A DNA stretch of 64,000 bases, taken from the NCBI GenBank assembly GCA_034433165.1, contig DAOUAP010000035.1, positions 17,619-81,618 on the forward strand. The letters are read 5' to 3'. Shown here in pieces: positions 19,699-29,173 of the stretch (positions within the stretch are counted from its first letter, which is position 1; every line of letters starts with the position of its first letter). The translations under genes and the position numbers were made by a program. The notes under the pieces are model-generated. The model had not been told where the DNA came from. It saw nothing but the letters and a program-made list of their open reading frames with translations, and did not search any database. The DNA comes from Anaerolineales bacterium (GTDB lineage Bacteria; Chloroflexota; Anaerolineae; Anaerolineales; Villigracilaceae).

Positions 19699-22524
19699 AT
19701 GTCTCCCACACTGTACCTCATCGACGGTCATGCACTCGCATACCGCACCTACTTCGCATTGACTTCCTCCAGCGGCGGGCGTTGGACCACCGCCAGCGGT
19801 GAACCGACTGCGGGCGTTTTTGGTTTTGCCAGCGTGCTGCTGCGCCTGTATGAGCACGACAAGCCCGACTACCTGGCGGTGGCTTTCGACACGGGCAAAA
19901 CCTTCCGCGACGATATGTTCCCCGAATATAAGGCCACACGCGCCAAAATGCCCGACGACCTGCGCCCGCAGATCGAGCGCATTCGCCATCTGGTGGATGC
20001 CTTCAACATCCCGCGCCTGGAAATGGAAGGCTACGAGGCCGATGATGTGCTCGGATCGGTGGCCAAAAAGGCGGCCGCCGAAGGTCTGAGCGTCAAGATA
20101 ATCACCGGCGACCGCGACCTGTTGCAACTGGTCGGCGAGCGCATCATCGTCAACCTGCCGGGCGGCAAACTGGCCGATGCCAAAGACTACGCCACCCCCG
20201 AAGCGGTGAAAGAGTATTTCGGCGTACGGCCCGAACAGGTGGCCGATTACAAAGGGCTGGTGGGCGACAGCAGCGACAATATCCCCGGCGTGCGCGGCGT
20301 GGGCGAAAAGACCGCCCAGTCCCTCTTCGAGGCGTACCCCACCCTCGATGAAATCTACGCCCATCTCGACGACCTCAAAAGCGCGGTGAAATCAAAACTG
20401 GCCGAGCAAAAAGAGATGGCCTACCTCAGCCGCGACCTGGCCACCATTCGCACCAACCTGCCTGTCAAACTGGACCTCGACCAGGCGCACACCGACCACT
20501 ACGACCCGGCCGTGCTCGAAGCCCTGTTCCGCGACCTGGAATTCCGCTCGCTGCTGCCGCGTCTGGCGGCCCTGCGCCCCAAAACGGAATCTACCCCTGC
20601 CCCGGTTGCCGCGCCCGGCCCGGCCCCTGTCTATGTCCAAAAACCCGGGCAGCAACTGGCGCTCTTCGACGCCACCCCGGCCACCATCCAGGTGACACAG
20701 CCGCCCGGCAAGATCGCGGTGCGCGTGGCCGATTCGCCCGAATCGCTGGATGAATTGGTGCGCACGCTGCGGGCGGCATCCGTGATCTCTTTCGATACCG
20801 AGACCACCTCGACGGACGAGATGACGGCCGGGCTGGTGGGCATCTCTCTGGCAACGGAGGCAGGCGCCGGGTGGTATGTTCCGGTGGGGCATGCGGCCGG
20901 GGCGCAATTGCCGCTGGAACGGGTGGCGGATGCGCTGCGCGGGCCGCTGACGGATTCCCGCATCCCCAAGATTGGGCACAACACTAAATACGATTACATC
21001 ATGCTGCTGCGGCATGGCATTCGGGCGGCGCCGCTGGCTTTCGATACCATGCTGGCGCAATGGATCCTGGACCCGGCCTCGCGCAGACTTGGTTTGAAGG
21101 ATATGTCCGAGGACCGGCTGGGCGAGGAGATGACGCACATCGAGAACCTGATCGGCAAGGGCAAGAACCAGGTCTCGATGGATCTGGTGGCGATTGGCGC
21201 GGCGGCGGCCTATGCGGCAGCCGATGCCGAAACCACCCTGCGCCTGTACGAGCTGCTGCGGCGCGACCTGGAACGGGCGGGGGGCATGAAGCTGCTGGAT
21301 GAGATCGAGATGCCGCTGGTGCCAGTGCTGGCCGATATGGAGATGACCGGCGTGCTGCTCGACCTGCCGTTCTTCGCGCAGACGTCGAACGCGCTGGGGC
21401 GGCGCATGCTGGAGATAGAAACGGAAGTGCACGGGCTGGTGGGGCAGCGCTTCAACATCAACTCGACCCAGCAGCTCTCAGATGTGTTGTTCAAGACCCT
21501 GGGGCTCGAGCCGCCCGACCGCACGCGCAAGACGGCCAGCGGGCATTATTCCACTGCGGCCGATGTGCTCGAGAACCTGCGCGGCAAACACCCGGTGGTG
21601 GACCTGGTGCTGGAGCACCGCGAGCTGGCCAAGCTGAAATCGACTTATGTGGACGCGCTGCCGCCGATGGTGGACGCCAGCGGGCGGGTGCATACCTCCT
21701 ACAGCCAGACTGGCTCGGTGACCGGGCGACTTTCTTCGAACAATCCCAACTTGCAAAACATCCCCACGCGCACCGAGTTGGGGCGGCGCGTGCGCAACGG
21801 GTTCATTGCCGCGCCAGGGCATGTGCTGCTCTCGGTCGATTACTCGCAAGTGGAACTGCGCATTGTGGCCCACATGGCCGGCGACCAATCCATGCTGGAC
21901 GCCTTCCGCCACGGGCAGGACATCCACGCCACCACGGCGGCTGCCATTTACGGCATTCCGCTTGTGGATGTGAATAAAGATATGCGCCGCCATGCCAAGG
22001 CCATCAACTTTGGGCTCATCTACGGCATGTCGGCTTTTGGGCTGACGCGCTCGACTGAGCTGACCCTGGCCGAGGCGGAGGATTTCGTTAAGGCGTACTT
22101 CCGGCAGTTTCCGGGTGTCAAGCGCTACCTGGATAACATCCGCCGCCTGGCCACCGAAAACGGTTACGTGGAAACGCTGCTGGGGCGCAAGCGCTACTTC
22201 CCGGCCCTGCAGGGCACAATGAATCCGCAAATGCGCAGCCGCGAAGAGCGCGAGGCCATCAACGCGCCCATCCAGGGCACCGCGGCCGACATCATGAAGA
22301 TTGCCATGATCCATATCCCTTCGGCGCTGGCGGAGGCGGGGCTGGCGGCCCGGGTGCTGCTGCAGGTGCACGATGAGTTGGTATTGGAGTGCCCCGCAAA
22401 TGAGCTCGAACAGACCGCCCGCGTGGTGCGCGGCGTGATGGAAACCGCCTACCCGCTCAGCATCCCACTTTCGACCGAGGCGCGCTTCGGTAAAAGCTGG
22501 GGCGAAATGCAGGTGCTGGGGTAA
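19699..22524 (+). CDS. polA: DNA polymerase I
   Basis: 941 aa. 5-prime nuclease (LIDGHALAYRTYFA, GDSSDNIPGVRGVGEKTA), 3-5 exo-like region (SFDTETTS), and polymerase motifs A (LLSVDYSQVELRIVAH), B (RRHAKAINFGLIYGM) and C (LQVHDELV). Confidence 0.97.
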   Translation: MSPTLYLIDGHALAYRTYFALTSSSGGRWTTASGEPTAGVFGFASVLLRLYEHDKPDYLAVAFDTGKTFRDDMFPEYKATRAKMPDDLRPQIERIRHLVDAFNIPRLEMEGYEADDVLGSVAKKAAAEGLSVKIITGDRDLLQLVGERIIVNLPGGKLADAKDYATPEAVKEYFGVRPEQVADYKGLVGDSSDNIPGVRGVGEKTAQSLFEAYPTLDEIYAHLDDLKSAVKSKLAEQKEMAYLSRDLATIRTNLPVKLDLDQAHTDHYDPAVLEALFRDLEFRSLLPRLAALRPKTESTPAPVAAPGPAPVYVQKPGQQLALFDATPATIQVTQPPGKIAVRVADSPESLDELVRTLRAASVISFDTETTSTDEMTAGLVGISLATEAGAGWYVPVGHAAGAQLPLERVADALRGPLTDSRIPKIGHNTKYDYIMLLRHGIRAAPLAFDTMLAQWILDPASRRLGLKDMSEDRLGEEMTHIENLIGKGKNQVSMDLVAIGAAAAYAAADAETTLRLYELLRRDLERAGGMKLLDEIEMPLVPVLADMEMTGVLLDLPFFAQTSNALGRRMLEIETEVHGLVGQRFNINSTQQLSDVLFKTLGLEPPDRTRKTASGHYSTAADVLENLRGKHPVVDLVLEHRELAKLKSTYVDALPPMVDASGRVHTSYSQTGSVTGRLSSNNPNLQNIPTRTELGRRVRNGFIAAPGHVLLSVDYSQVELRIVAHMAGDQSMLDAFRHGQDIHATTAAAIYGIPLVDVNKDMRRHAKAINFGLIYGMSAFGLTRSTELTLAEAEDFVKAYFRQFPGVKRYLDNIRRLATENGYVETLLGRKRYFPALQGTMNPQMRSREEREAINAPIQGTAADIMKIAMIHIPSALAEAGLAARVLLQVHDELVLECPANELEQTARVVRGVMETAYPLSIPLSTEARFGKSWGEMQVLG

Positions 22525-22567
22525 AATTGAATTAATAATAAACTGGCGCACCGAAACGAGAAACGAT

Positions 22568-24871
22568 ATGCCCGGACGCGAAGAAGTTTTCCAGAAAGCG
22601 ATGAACGAAGGCCACTCGGCCGCCTGGGACCAGGAATGGGAGCAGGCGGCGGCGGCGTATCGCTCCGCCCTCCAAGAGATTCCAGACAACCCAAAAGCGC
22701 TTGCCAACCTTGGGCTGGCGTTGTACCAGCTCCAGAATTTTGAAGAGGCGATGAAAATCTACATGCGTGTGGCGCGTCTGACTCCCGATGACCCGATCCC
22801 GGTCGAAAAGGTGGCGCAGATCTCGGAACGCCTGGGAAACCTCAAGCAGGCCATCGATGCGGCCCTGGTGGCTGCCGATCTGTACCTGAAACTGCGCGAC
22901 CCGGAAAAAGCCATCGAGAACTGGCTGCGGGTGACCAGTCTCAACCCGGAGCACCTCACCGCGCATTCGCGCCTGGCCATGGTGCATGAAAAAATGGGGC
23001 AGCCCAAACAGGCTGTTATCGAGTACATTGCCGTGGCCAGCCTGTTGCAGCGCGCCGGCAACCCGCAAAAAGCGTCCGAATTGATCGAACATGCCCTGAA
23101 GCTTAACCCGAACAGCGCCGAGGCCCGCCAGGCCCAGGGGCTGATCAAAACCGGGCAATTGCTCCCCAAGCCGGTGCGCGCCAGGGGCGCAACCGGCCCG
23201 CTGCGCGTGGCCCAAGTAAAAGCGGCCGAACCGCAAAAGCAGGCGGGCAGCAACGAAGACCCGGTTACGCAAGCGCGCAAAAAAGCCCTTACCACGCTGG
23301 CCGACATCCTTTTTGAACTGACCGATGAAAGCCCCGAGGCCCAAACAAGGCGCGGGCTGCAAGCGATTATGAAGGGCACCGGCATGCTCTCGCAGCAAAG
23401 CGACCAGACCAAGATCATGCTACACCTCAGCATTGCCATTGATGCCCAGACAAGGAACAACGAGACCCAGGCTGCCGAAGAACTCGAACGCGCCCTGGAA
23501 ACCGGTTTGAAGCACCCGGCCCTATATTTTGACCTGGGTTACCTGCGATCCAAGACAGACCGCATGGAAAGCGCGCATCGCTTTTTGCAGCAGTGCATCA
23601 AACACGAAGACTACGGGCTGGCCGCGCGCCTGCTCAACGGCGACATCCTCGCCCGCCTGGGCCGCCACAAAGAAGCCTCCATAGACTACTTGGAAGCACT
23701 CAAAATTGCCGACGCCATGGTGGTGCCTGCCGACCAGACCGATACCATTCGCCAGTTGTATGAACCGCTCGTCGAAGCGCAATCGCGTGAAGAAGACGAG
23801 GCCCGCCAAATGCAACTATGCAGAAACGTGCATGACCTGCTCATGAAACCTGGCTGGCGTGAAAGCATGCTCAAAGCGCGCCAGCAACTCCCCCGCTCTG
23901 AAAGCGGTCCGCTGCCGCTGGCCGAAATCCTCATCCAGGCCCAGAGCAGCCAGGTGCTCGAAGCCATGAACACCATCAACCAGATGGCCCGTTCCGGCTG
24001 TCTGCGCTCTGCCATGGACGAAGCATTCCATGCGCTCACTTATGCTCCCACCTACCTGCCCCTGCATACCCTGATGGGCGACCTGCTCATCCGCGAAGAA
24101 CGTATCCCCGATGCCATCGGCAAGTTTTCGGTCATTGCGCATGCCTATAGTGTTCGCGGTGAAGCCGGGCAGGCCATTGGACTTTACCGGCGCATCCTGC
24201 AGTTGGCGCCCATGGACCTCTCGATGCGCACCCTGCTCATCGAACAGCTCACAGCCCGCGGGCAGCAGGATGAGGCCATCGCCGAGTACATCGAGCTGGC
24301 TGACACCTACTACCGCCTCGCCGAGTTGGACATGGCCCGCAAGGCCTATACCACCGCCCTGCGCCTGGCCCAGCAACCCAATGCCGACCGCGGCTGGAGT
24401 CTGCGCATCCTTAACCGCATGGCCGACATTGACATGCAGCGCCTGGATTGGAAATCGGCCTTGCGGGTTTACGAACAGATCCGCACCATCAAGCCAGATG
24501 ATGAAACCATCCGCCGCAGCCTGATCGATCTTAACTTCCGTCTGTTCCAGCGCGCCCAGGCCGTGGCCGAGTTGGAAGGATATGTTGCTTACCTCGAAAC
24601 CAACCGACAGGGTGAAAAGGCCCTTGCTTTCGTGCAGGCATTGCTGGAAGAGGAACCCGATCGCACAGAACTGCGCCGGGTACTGGCCACGCTCCACCAG
24701 CGCGCCGGCAATATGGAAAAGGCTGTGGAACAACTCGACATGGTCGGCAATGCCCTGATGGATGCTGGTGACCGTGAAGGCACCATCGAAGTCATTACCG
24801 TCATACTCACCCTCAACCCACCCAACGCCGAGCAATACCGCCAGGTGCTGCAAGATTTGCAAGCGCGCTAA
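22568..24871 (+). CDS. tetratricopeptide (TPR) repeat protein
   Basis: 767 aa of repeated ~34-aa A/L/Y-rich helical units (for example AYRSALQEIPDNPKALANLGLALYQLQNFEEAMKIY). 43-nt gap after polA with no terminator. Confidence 0.85.
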   Translation: MPGREEVFQKAMNEGHSAAWDQEWEQAAAAYRSALQEIPDNPKALANLGLALYQLQNFEEAMKIYMRVARLTPDDPIPVEKVAQISERLGNLKQAIDAALVAADLYLKLRDPEKAIENWLRVTSLNPEHLTAHSRLAMVHEKMGQPKQAVIEYIAVASLLQRAGNPQKASELIEHALKLNPNSAEARQAQGLIKTGQLLPKPVRARGATGPLRVAQVKAAEPQKQAGSNEDPVTQARKKALTTLADILFELTDESPEAQTRRGLQAIMKGTGMLSQQSDQTKIMLHLSIAIDAQTRNNETQAAEELERALETGLKHPALYFDLGYLRSKTDRMESAHRFLQQCIKHEDYGLAARLLNGDILARLGRHKEASIDYLEALKIADAMVVPADQTDTIRQLYEPLVEAQSREEDEARQMQLCRNVHDLLMKPGWRESMLKARQQLPRSESGPLPLAEILIQAQSSQVLEAMNTINQMARSGCLRSAMDEAFHALTYAPTYLPLHTLMGDLLIREERIPDAIGKFSVIAHAYSVRGEAGQAIGLYRRILQLAPMDLSMRTLLIEQLTARGQQDEAIAEYIELADTYYRLAELDMARKAYTTALRLAQQPNADRGWSLRILNRMADIDMQRLDWKSALRVYEQIRTIKPDDETIRRSLIDLNFRLFQRAQAVAELEGYVAYLETNRQGEKALAFVQALLEEEPDRTELRRVLATLHQRAGNMEKAVEQLDMVGNALMDAGDREGTIEVITVILTLNPPNAEQYRQVLQDLQAR

Positions 24872-24950
24872 ACTTGCCGCCCCATGACCGGCAGCCCATT
24901 TTGCGGGCTGTATAACCCGCTTTGGCCATACCCGACACAAATCTACTCTC

Positions 24951-24982
24951 AGCCCGGGTGCGCAACCCCGGGCTCGTTTTTT
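24951..24982 (+). terminator. intrinsic terminator after the TPR gene
   Basis: AGCCCGGG (24951-24958) pairs with CCCGGGCT (24967-24974) and is followed by T6 (24977-24982). Confidence 0.6.
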
Positions 24983-24996
24983 GCAGCATTTTCACG

Positions 24997-26268
24997 CTAT
25001 ACGTATGTCATTAGTGCGTGCGCGATCTGTTCACTGGCTGCCGCCACCCCATCCTCTTCCCCCAGTTTTTGCGCCAATTCCCCTGCTCGATCCTGCATCC
25101 CCTCAGCTTGCATTTCAGCCAACGCCCCGGCCAACCTGTGCGCCGTCAGCGCCCGCTGCGGGATGGGGCGCGGCCCCACGCCCAGATCCCACACTCGCCG
25201 CCCCCAAAAGAACTGATCGACGGCCAGCGGCAGCGCCAGCGTGGGCAGGCCAGCCATCAGCCCGGCGGCGGTCGTGCCGGCTCCACCGTGATGGACCACG
25301 CCGCCCAGGCGCGGGAACAGCCAGGGGTGCGGAACGGGCGTGGCAAGCGGAAAAAGGAACGGGGGCAGGGGCAACGCCGAAAAGTCAGGCGGCACAGACA
25401 CCACAGCCCGCATCCCCAGCCGCCGTACCGCTTCAGTGATGAGACCCAGCATGCGCGCCATCTCGCGCGCGCCGGGCGAGCCAAAGGTAAAGTACAGCGG
25501 CGGGGGTCCATCGGAAAGAAAACTTTCCAGGGCGGGGTGTGCGAAATGGGGCAAGAGATTTTGGGGCAGGGTCCAGGCGCCGGTGACGTGCGCGCCGGGC
25601 GGCCAGTCGCTGGGTGGCGGGACGATGTGGCGGCTGAAGCCATAGATCAGTGTGTCGAGCCGGGCGGTGAAGTCGAAAGCGGATAGCGGATGCAACCCGT
25701 GGCGTTTGCGCCAGTCGTTGATCACGCCGCGCCACGGCAGGAAGGTGGCCTGCGCGGCCAGTGGGTAGGTCAGGCGGTTGGCGGACCGCCCCAGGCTGGA
25801 TGCGAACGGGATGAGCGGCGAGGGAAAATCCCCCGTGGGTGTGACCGGCTGGGTGAACGCGCCGATGAGCGGCAGGCCCAGCCACTCGGCGATGTGCGCG
25901 CCCCACACGGTCGGTAGCCCGATCACGAGAGCGCGGGCGTTGCGGCAGGCTTCGGCGGCGCTGGCCAGCATGCGCGCGTAGAGCGGGCGGGCGCGGCGCA
26001 GGTAAGCGCGCGTGGCCAGCAGGCTGCGGATGGGGTTGCCGTCGAACGTGAGCGCAGACTGGCCGCCGGGGGCGGCCATCAACTCGCTGGGGTTGCCGTC
26101 GATGGACGCAAAGGGGATGCCAAAGGATGTGATCCAGGCCCCGAAGGCGGGCGGCGCGGCAATGCGGACGGCCTCGCCCGCCTCGCGCAGGCCGAGCGCC
26201 AGGGCGATCACCGGCTGCACATCGCCGCGCGTGCCGGAGGCCAGGAAGACGAGCGGGCGCCGGTTCAT
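24997..26268 (-). CDS. GT1-family (UGT/MGT-like) glycosyltransferase
   Basis: N-terminal GTRGDVQP and a C-terminal UDP-sugar signature HHGGAGTTAAGLMAGLPTLALPLAVDQFFWG. Confidence 0.85.
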   Translation of the reverse strand: MNRRPLVFLASGTRGDVQPVIALALGLREAGEAVRIAAPPAFGAWITSFGIPFASIDGNPSELMAAPGGQSALTFDGNPIRSLLATRAYLRRARPLYARMLASAAEACRNARALVIGLPTVWGAHIAEWLGLPLIGAFTQPVTPTGDFPSPLIPFASSLGRSANRLTYPLAAQATFLPWRGVINDWRKRHGLHPLSAFDFTARLDTLIYGFSRHIVPPPSDWPPGAHVTGAWTLPQNLLPHFAHPALESFLSDGPPPLYFTFGSPGAREMARMLGLITEAVRRLGMRAVVSVPPDFSALPLPPFLFPLATPVPHPWLFPRLGGVVHHGGAGTTAAGLMAGLPTLALPLAVDQFFWGRRVWDLGVGPRPIPQRALTAHRLAGALAEMQAEGMQDRAGELAQKLGEEDGVAAASEQIAHALMTYV

Positions 26269-27062
26269 GCGCGGGTAAAGACCAGCATGCGGTAGGTCAC
26301 AGCTCCATCGCGTAGCGATTGCTGCAGGGCCATGGAGCCGAGCATGGACGGGACGATGGGGTGCGCCACAGCCAGGGGGCGGCCCATCGCAAGCAGCAAG
26401 CGGGCCAGCGGGTCGGCGAGCGCGCGCAGGCGCAGGTAAGGGGTCAGGTCGCGGTCGCGGGTCAGGGTGAGGCCGCGGGCGGCCGCCAGCGCTTCCATCT
26501 CCGAAATTGAACGCAAATTGGGCGCGTGCCAGCCATGCTGGTAGGCCGCCCGCCAGGCGGAATCAGTTTCGCCGCGGAAATCGTCGATGAGCACCAGTTT
26601 GCCGCCAGAGCGCAGGATGCGGGCTGCCCCGGCGAGGAATTGCTCCGCGCTGTGGGCGTGCACGAAGGCCTCGATGGCGTAGGCCAGGTCGAAGCCGGGC
26701 GCGAGCGGCAGGGCGTGGAAATCGGCTTCGAGGATGCGCGCGTTGGGCGGGGCGTGGCGCGCGGCCAGGCGGGCCTGCAGGGGTGAGATGGTCAGCCCCA
26801 CGCCGCTGGCGGCATTCAGCGCGGAAAGCAGGTGGAACAGGCTGGCGCCCACGCCGCAGCCCAGGTCGGCGATGCGCGGCGCGGCAGACAGGGCGCGGGC
26901 TTCCTGCAAAATAAGCTCATTGGCGGCGGCCAGGGCTTGCAGCAGGCGGGTGATGCCGGGCATCCACAGGGCGCGGTGGATGGAGGCGGTCTTGGCGGAG
27001 GAGCCAAAGCGCAGGAACAGGCGCGTGTTGGCCTCGTAATAACGGCGGATGGGGTCGAGCAT
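26265..27062 (-). CDS. class I SAM-dependent methyltransferase
   Basis: Motif I IADLGCGVGAS and post-I/II motifs (ILEADF, GGKLVLID). Its stop codon overlaps the glycosyltransferase start by 4 nt. Confidence 0.85.
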   Translation of the reverse strand: MLDPIRRYYEANTRLFLRFGSSAKTASIHRALWMPGITRLLQALAAANELILQEARALSAAPRIADLGCGVGASLFHLLSALNAASGVGLTISPLQARLAARHAPPNARILEADFHALPLAPGFDLAYAIEAFVHAHSAEQFLAGAARILRSGGKLVLIDDFRGETDSAWRAAYQHGWHAPNLRSISEMEALAAARGLTLTRDRDLTPYLRLRALADPLARLLLAMGRPLAVAHPIVPSMLGSMALQQSLRDGAVTYRMLVFTRA

Positions 27063-27121
27063 GGGGGAATTATAAGGGCAGTGATGCGTGAGGAGTGAGG
27101 TGTGAGATCAGCGCAATGGGC

Positions 27122-27160
27122 AAAAAAAGAGACCAGGGTCCAGTTCAAACCCTGATCTCT
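27122..27160 (-). terminator. intrinsic terminator of the acd-etfBA operon
   Basis: On the minus strand: GAGATCAGGGT..ACCCTGGTCTC (one mismatch) followed by T7. Confidence 0.6.
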
Positions 27161-27193
27161 CCGCTTACTTGTCGCTAATCTCTAATAACTGGC

Positions 27194-28153
27194 TTACTTC
27201 CCCAATCGCTTCTTGAACGCGGCGGTCAGCGCGGGCACAACCTGAAACAGGTCGCCAGCCACGCCATAACGCGCGAACTGGAAGATGGGCGCTTCGGCGT
27301 CCTTGTTGATGGCCACGATCAGTTTGGCGTTGCGCATGCCCACAATGTGCTGGATGGCCCCGCTCACGCCCGCGCCGATATACAGGTCGGGAGTGACCAC
27401 CTTGCCGGTCTGCCCCACCTGGTGGGCGTACGGGATGTACCCGGCATCGACGGCGGCGCGCGATGCGCCCACCGCCCCGCCCAGGGCGCCGGCCAGTTCA
27501 CCGATGAGCTTGAACCCGAGCCCCGGGTCATTGCTCACGCCGCGCCCGCCGGCCACCACCACCCCGGCGTCTGCCAGGTTGACGTTGGTTTCGGCCGCAG
27601 CGAAGCCCTCCACGCTGGTTTTGGCGTCTGCGACGGCGGCGGCTTTTGTGAGCGCGCCGCTGCGCCCGGTTTCGCGGGCCGGCTTGGGGAAGGCCCGCGC
27701 GCGCAGGGTGATAAACTGCGGGCTGGCGCTGCAGGTCACTTTTTCGATCACTTTGCCTTCATAGGCCGGGCGCGTGGCCACCAGCACGCCGCCGGACTGT
27801 TCGAGCGCGGAGGCATCGGTGATGACGCCGCTGTTCAGGTCCATGGCGGCCATGCCGGCCACCTCGCGGGTGCGGGTGGTGGTGGGCAGCAGGATCAGGT
27901 GCGGGGCGTGCGAAGCGGCCAGGGCCGACAGGGTGGAGGCGTAGGCCTCGACGCGGAAGTCGGCCAGGGCCGGGTCGTCGGCGACCATCACCTCGTCTGC
28001 GCCAAACTCGAAGGCGGCCTGCGCCACGGCATCCACGCCCGCGCCGAAGACGATGGCCGTCACCGGGCCGAAGCCCTTGCCCACGCCCAGCGCCTCCCAA
28101 GAGGCCGGGACGATATCGCCCTTGAAATGGTCAATGTAAACCCAGGTTTTCAT
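27194..28153 (-). CDS. etfA: electron transfer flavoprotein subunit alpha
   Basis: C-terminal FAD-binding signature PDLYIGAGVSGAIQHIVGM. 319 aa. 4-nt overlap with etfB. Confidence 0.9.
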   Translation of the reverse strand: MKTWVYIDHFKGDIVPASWEALGVGKGFGPVTAIVFGAGVDAVAQAAFEFGADEVMVADDPALADFRVEAYASTLSALAASHAPHLILLPTTTRTREVAGMAAMDLNSGVITDASALEQSGGVLVATRPAYEGKVIEKVTCSASPQFITLRARAFPKPARETGRSGALTKAAAVADAKTSVEGFAAAETNVNLADAGVVVAGGRGVSNDPGLGFKLIGELAGALGGAVGASRAAVDAGYIPYAHQVGQTGKVVTPDLYIGAGVSGAIQHIVGMRNAKLIVAINKDAEAPIFQFARYGVAGDLFQVVPALTAAFKKRLGK

Positions 28154-28920
28154 AGCACTTTCTCCGCGAGAATCTTATCGGCAAGCGCATCGGCGATGGC
28201 TTCTGGCGTGTCGCCGGTGATCATTTCGCAGGTGATGTTGCGCGGCGGCGGGTTGAACAGCTCGCTGCGCGTCACCACCGGCGCGGGCGCGGGCAGGCCC
28301 AGGTCGGAGAGCGTCCAGGCCGGGATCTCGGCCTTGGAGGCCTTTCGGATGCCCATGAAGGACGGGTAGCGCGGCTCGCCGATGCTTTGCACCACGCTCA
28401 ACACGGCCGGCAGGCTGGCGCTGACGGTCTGCTTGCCTTCTTCGATCACGCGCTCAACTGTGGCCCTGCCGCCGCCCACCTTGATGGAACCGGCAAACGA
28501 GAGCAGCGGCAGCCCGAGCGCGCGCGCCGTCTGCGAGACGGTGAGGCCGGTGCCATCGTCGAGGGTTTGGCGGCCAAAGATGACCATGTCGGCCCCGCCA
28601 ATCTTCTGGATGGCCGCAGCCAGCACGCGGGCCGCGCCCTGCGAATCGAGTTTTTCCAGCGCGGGGTCGCAGATCAGCACGGCGCTGTCGGCGCCCATGG
28701 CCAGGGCGTGCTTGAGCGCGTCCTTGGCGCTTTCGGGCCCGATGCATAGCGCAATTACTTCGCCGCTCTGGGCTTCTTTTTGCTGGAGCGCGCCTTCCAC
28801 GGCATATTCGTCGAAGGGGTTGATGACCAGCGTGGCCCCGCCCCAGTCTGGCTGGCCGTTCTGGGCGGTCACTTTGGCCTCAGAATCGGGCACTTGCTTG
28901 ATACAGGTGATGATTTTCAA
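28150..28920 (-). CDS. etfB: electron transfer flavoprotein subunit beta
   Basis: MKIITCIKQVPD N-terminus. TTG start with AGGAGG 5 nt upstream. 256 aa. Confidence 0.9.
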   Translation of the reverse strand: MKIITCIKQVPDSEAKVTAQNGQPDWGGATLVINPFDEYAVEGALQQKEAQSGEVIALCIGPESAKDALKHALAMGADSAVLICDPALEKLDSQGAARVLAAAIQKIGGADMVIFGRQTLDDGTGLTVSQTARALGLPLLSFAGSIKVGGGRATVERVIEEGKQTVSASLPAVLSVVQSIGEPRYPSFMGIRKASKAEIPAWTLSDLGLPAPAPVVTRSELFNPPPRNITCEMITGDTPEAIADALADKILAEKVL

Positions 28921-29165
28921 GGAAGCCTCCTTTTCGATTGCTGCAAAATATCTTCGATCTGCCCCAGGTGGTCCGCGGCGTAGGGGTCGTTGGCGGCCGG
29001 GTCGCGCGGCTGGAAGGTCACATCGGCATCGCCAGCGTCCGCCGCCAGGCGCGCCACCTCAGCGTACATGGCGTCCAGTTCGCAGCGCAGGTCGTCGCGA
29101 GTCAGTCCGGCGGCCAGGTCTGCCAGTTTCAAGCGGTTCTCGCGCACAGCCTGGTAATCGAGCAT
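28917..29165 (-). CDS. small hypothetical protein (82 aa) embedded in the acd-etf operon
   Basis: ATG lies 8 nt after the acd stop. Its 3-prime end carries the etfB RBS and overlaps the etfB start by 4 nt. GC-rich third positions resemble neighbouring genes. No motif recognised (faint resemblance to the first helices of DinB-like proteins). Confidence 0.4.
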   Translation of the reverse strand: MLDYQAVRENRLKLADLAAGLTRDDLRCELDAMYAEVARLAADAGDADVTFQPRDPAANDPYAADHLGQIEDILQQSKRRLP

Positions 29166-29173
29166 GATGGGTC

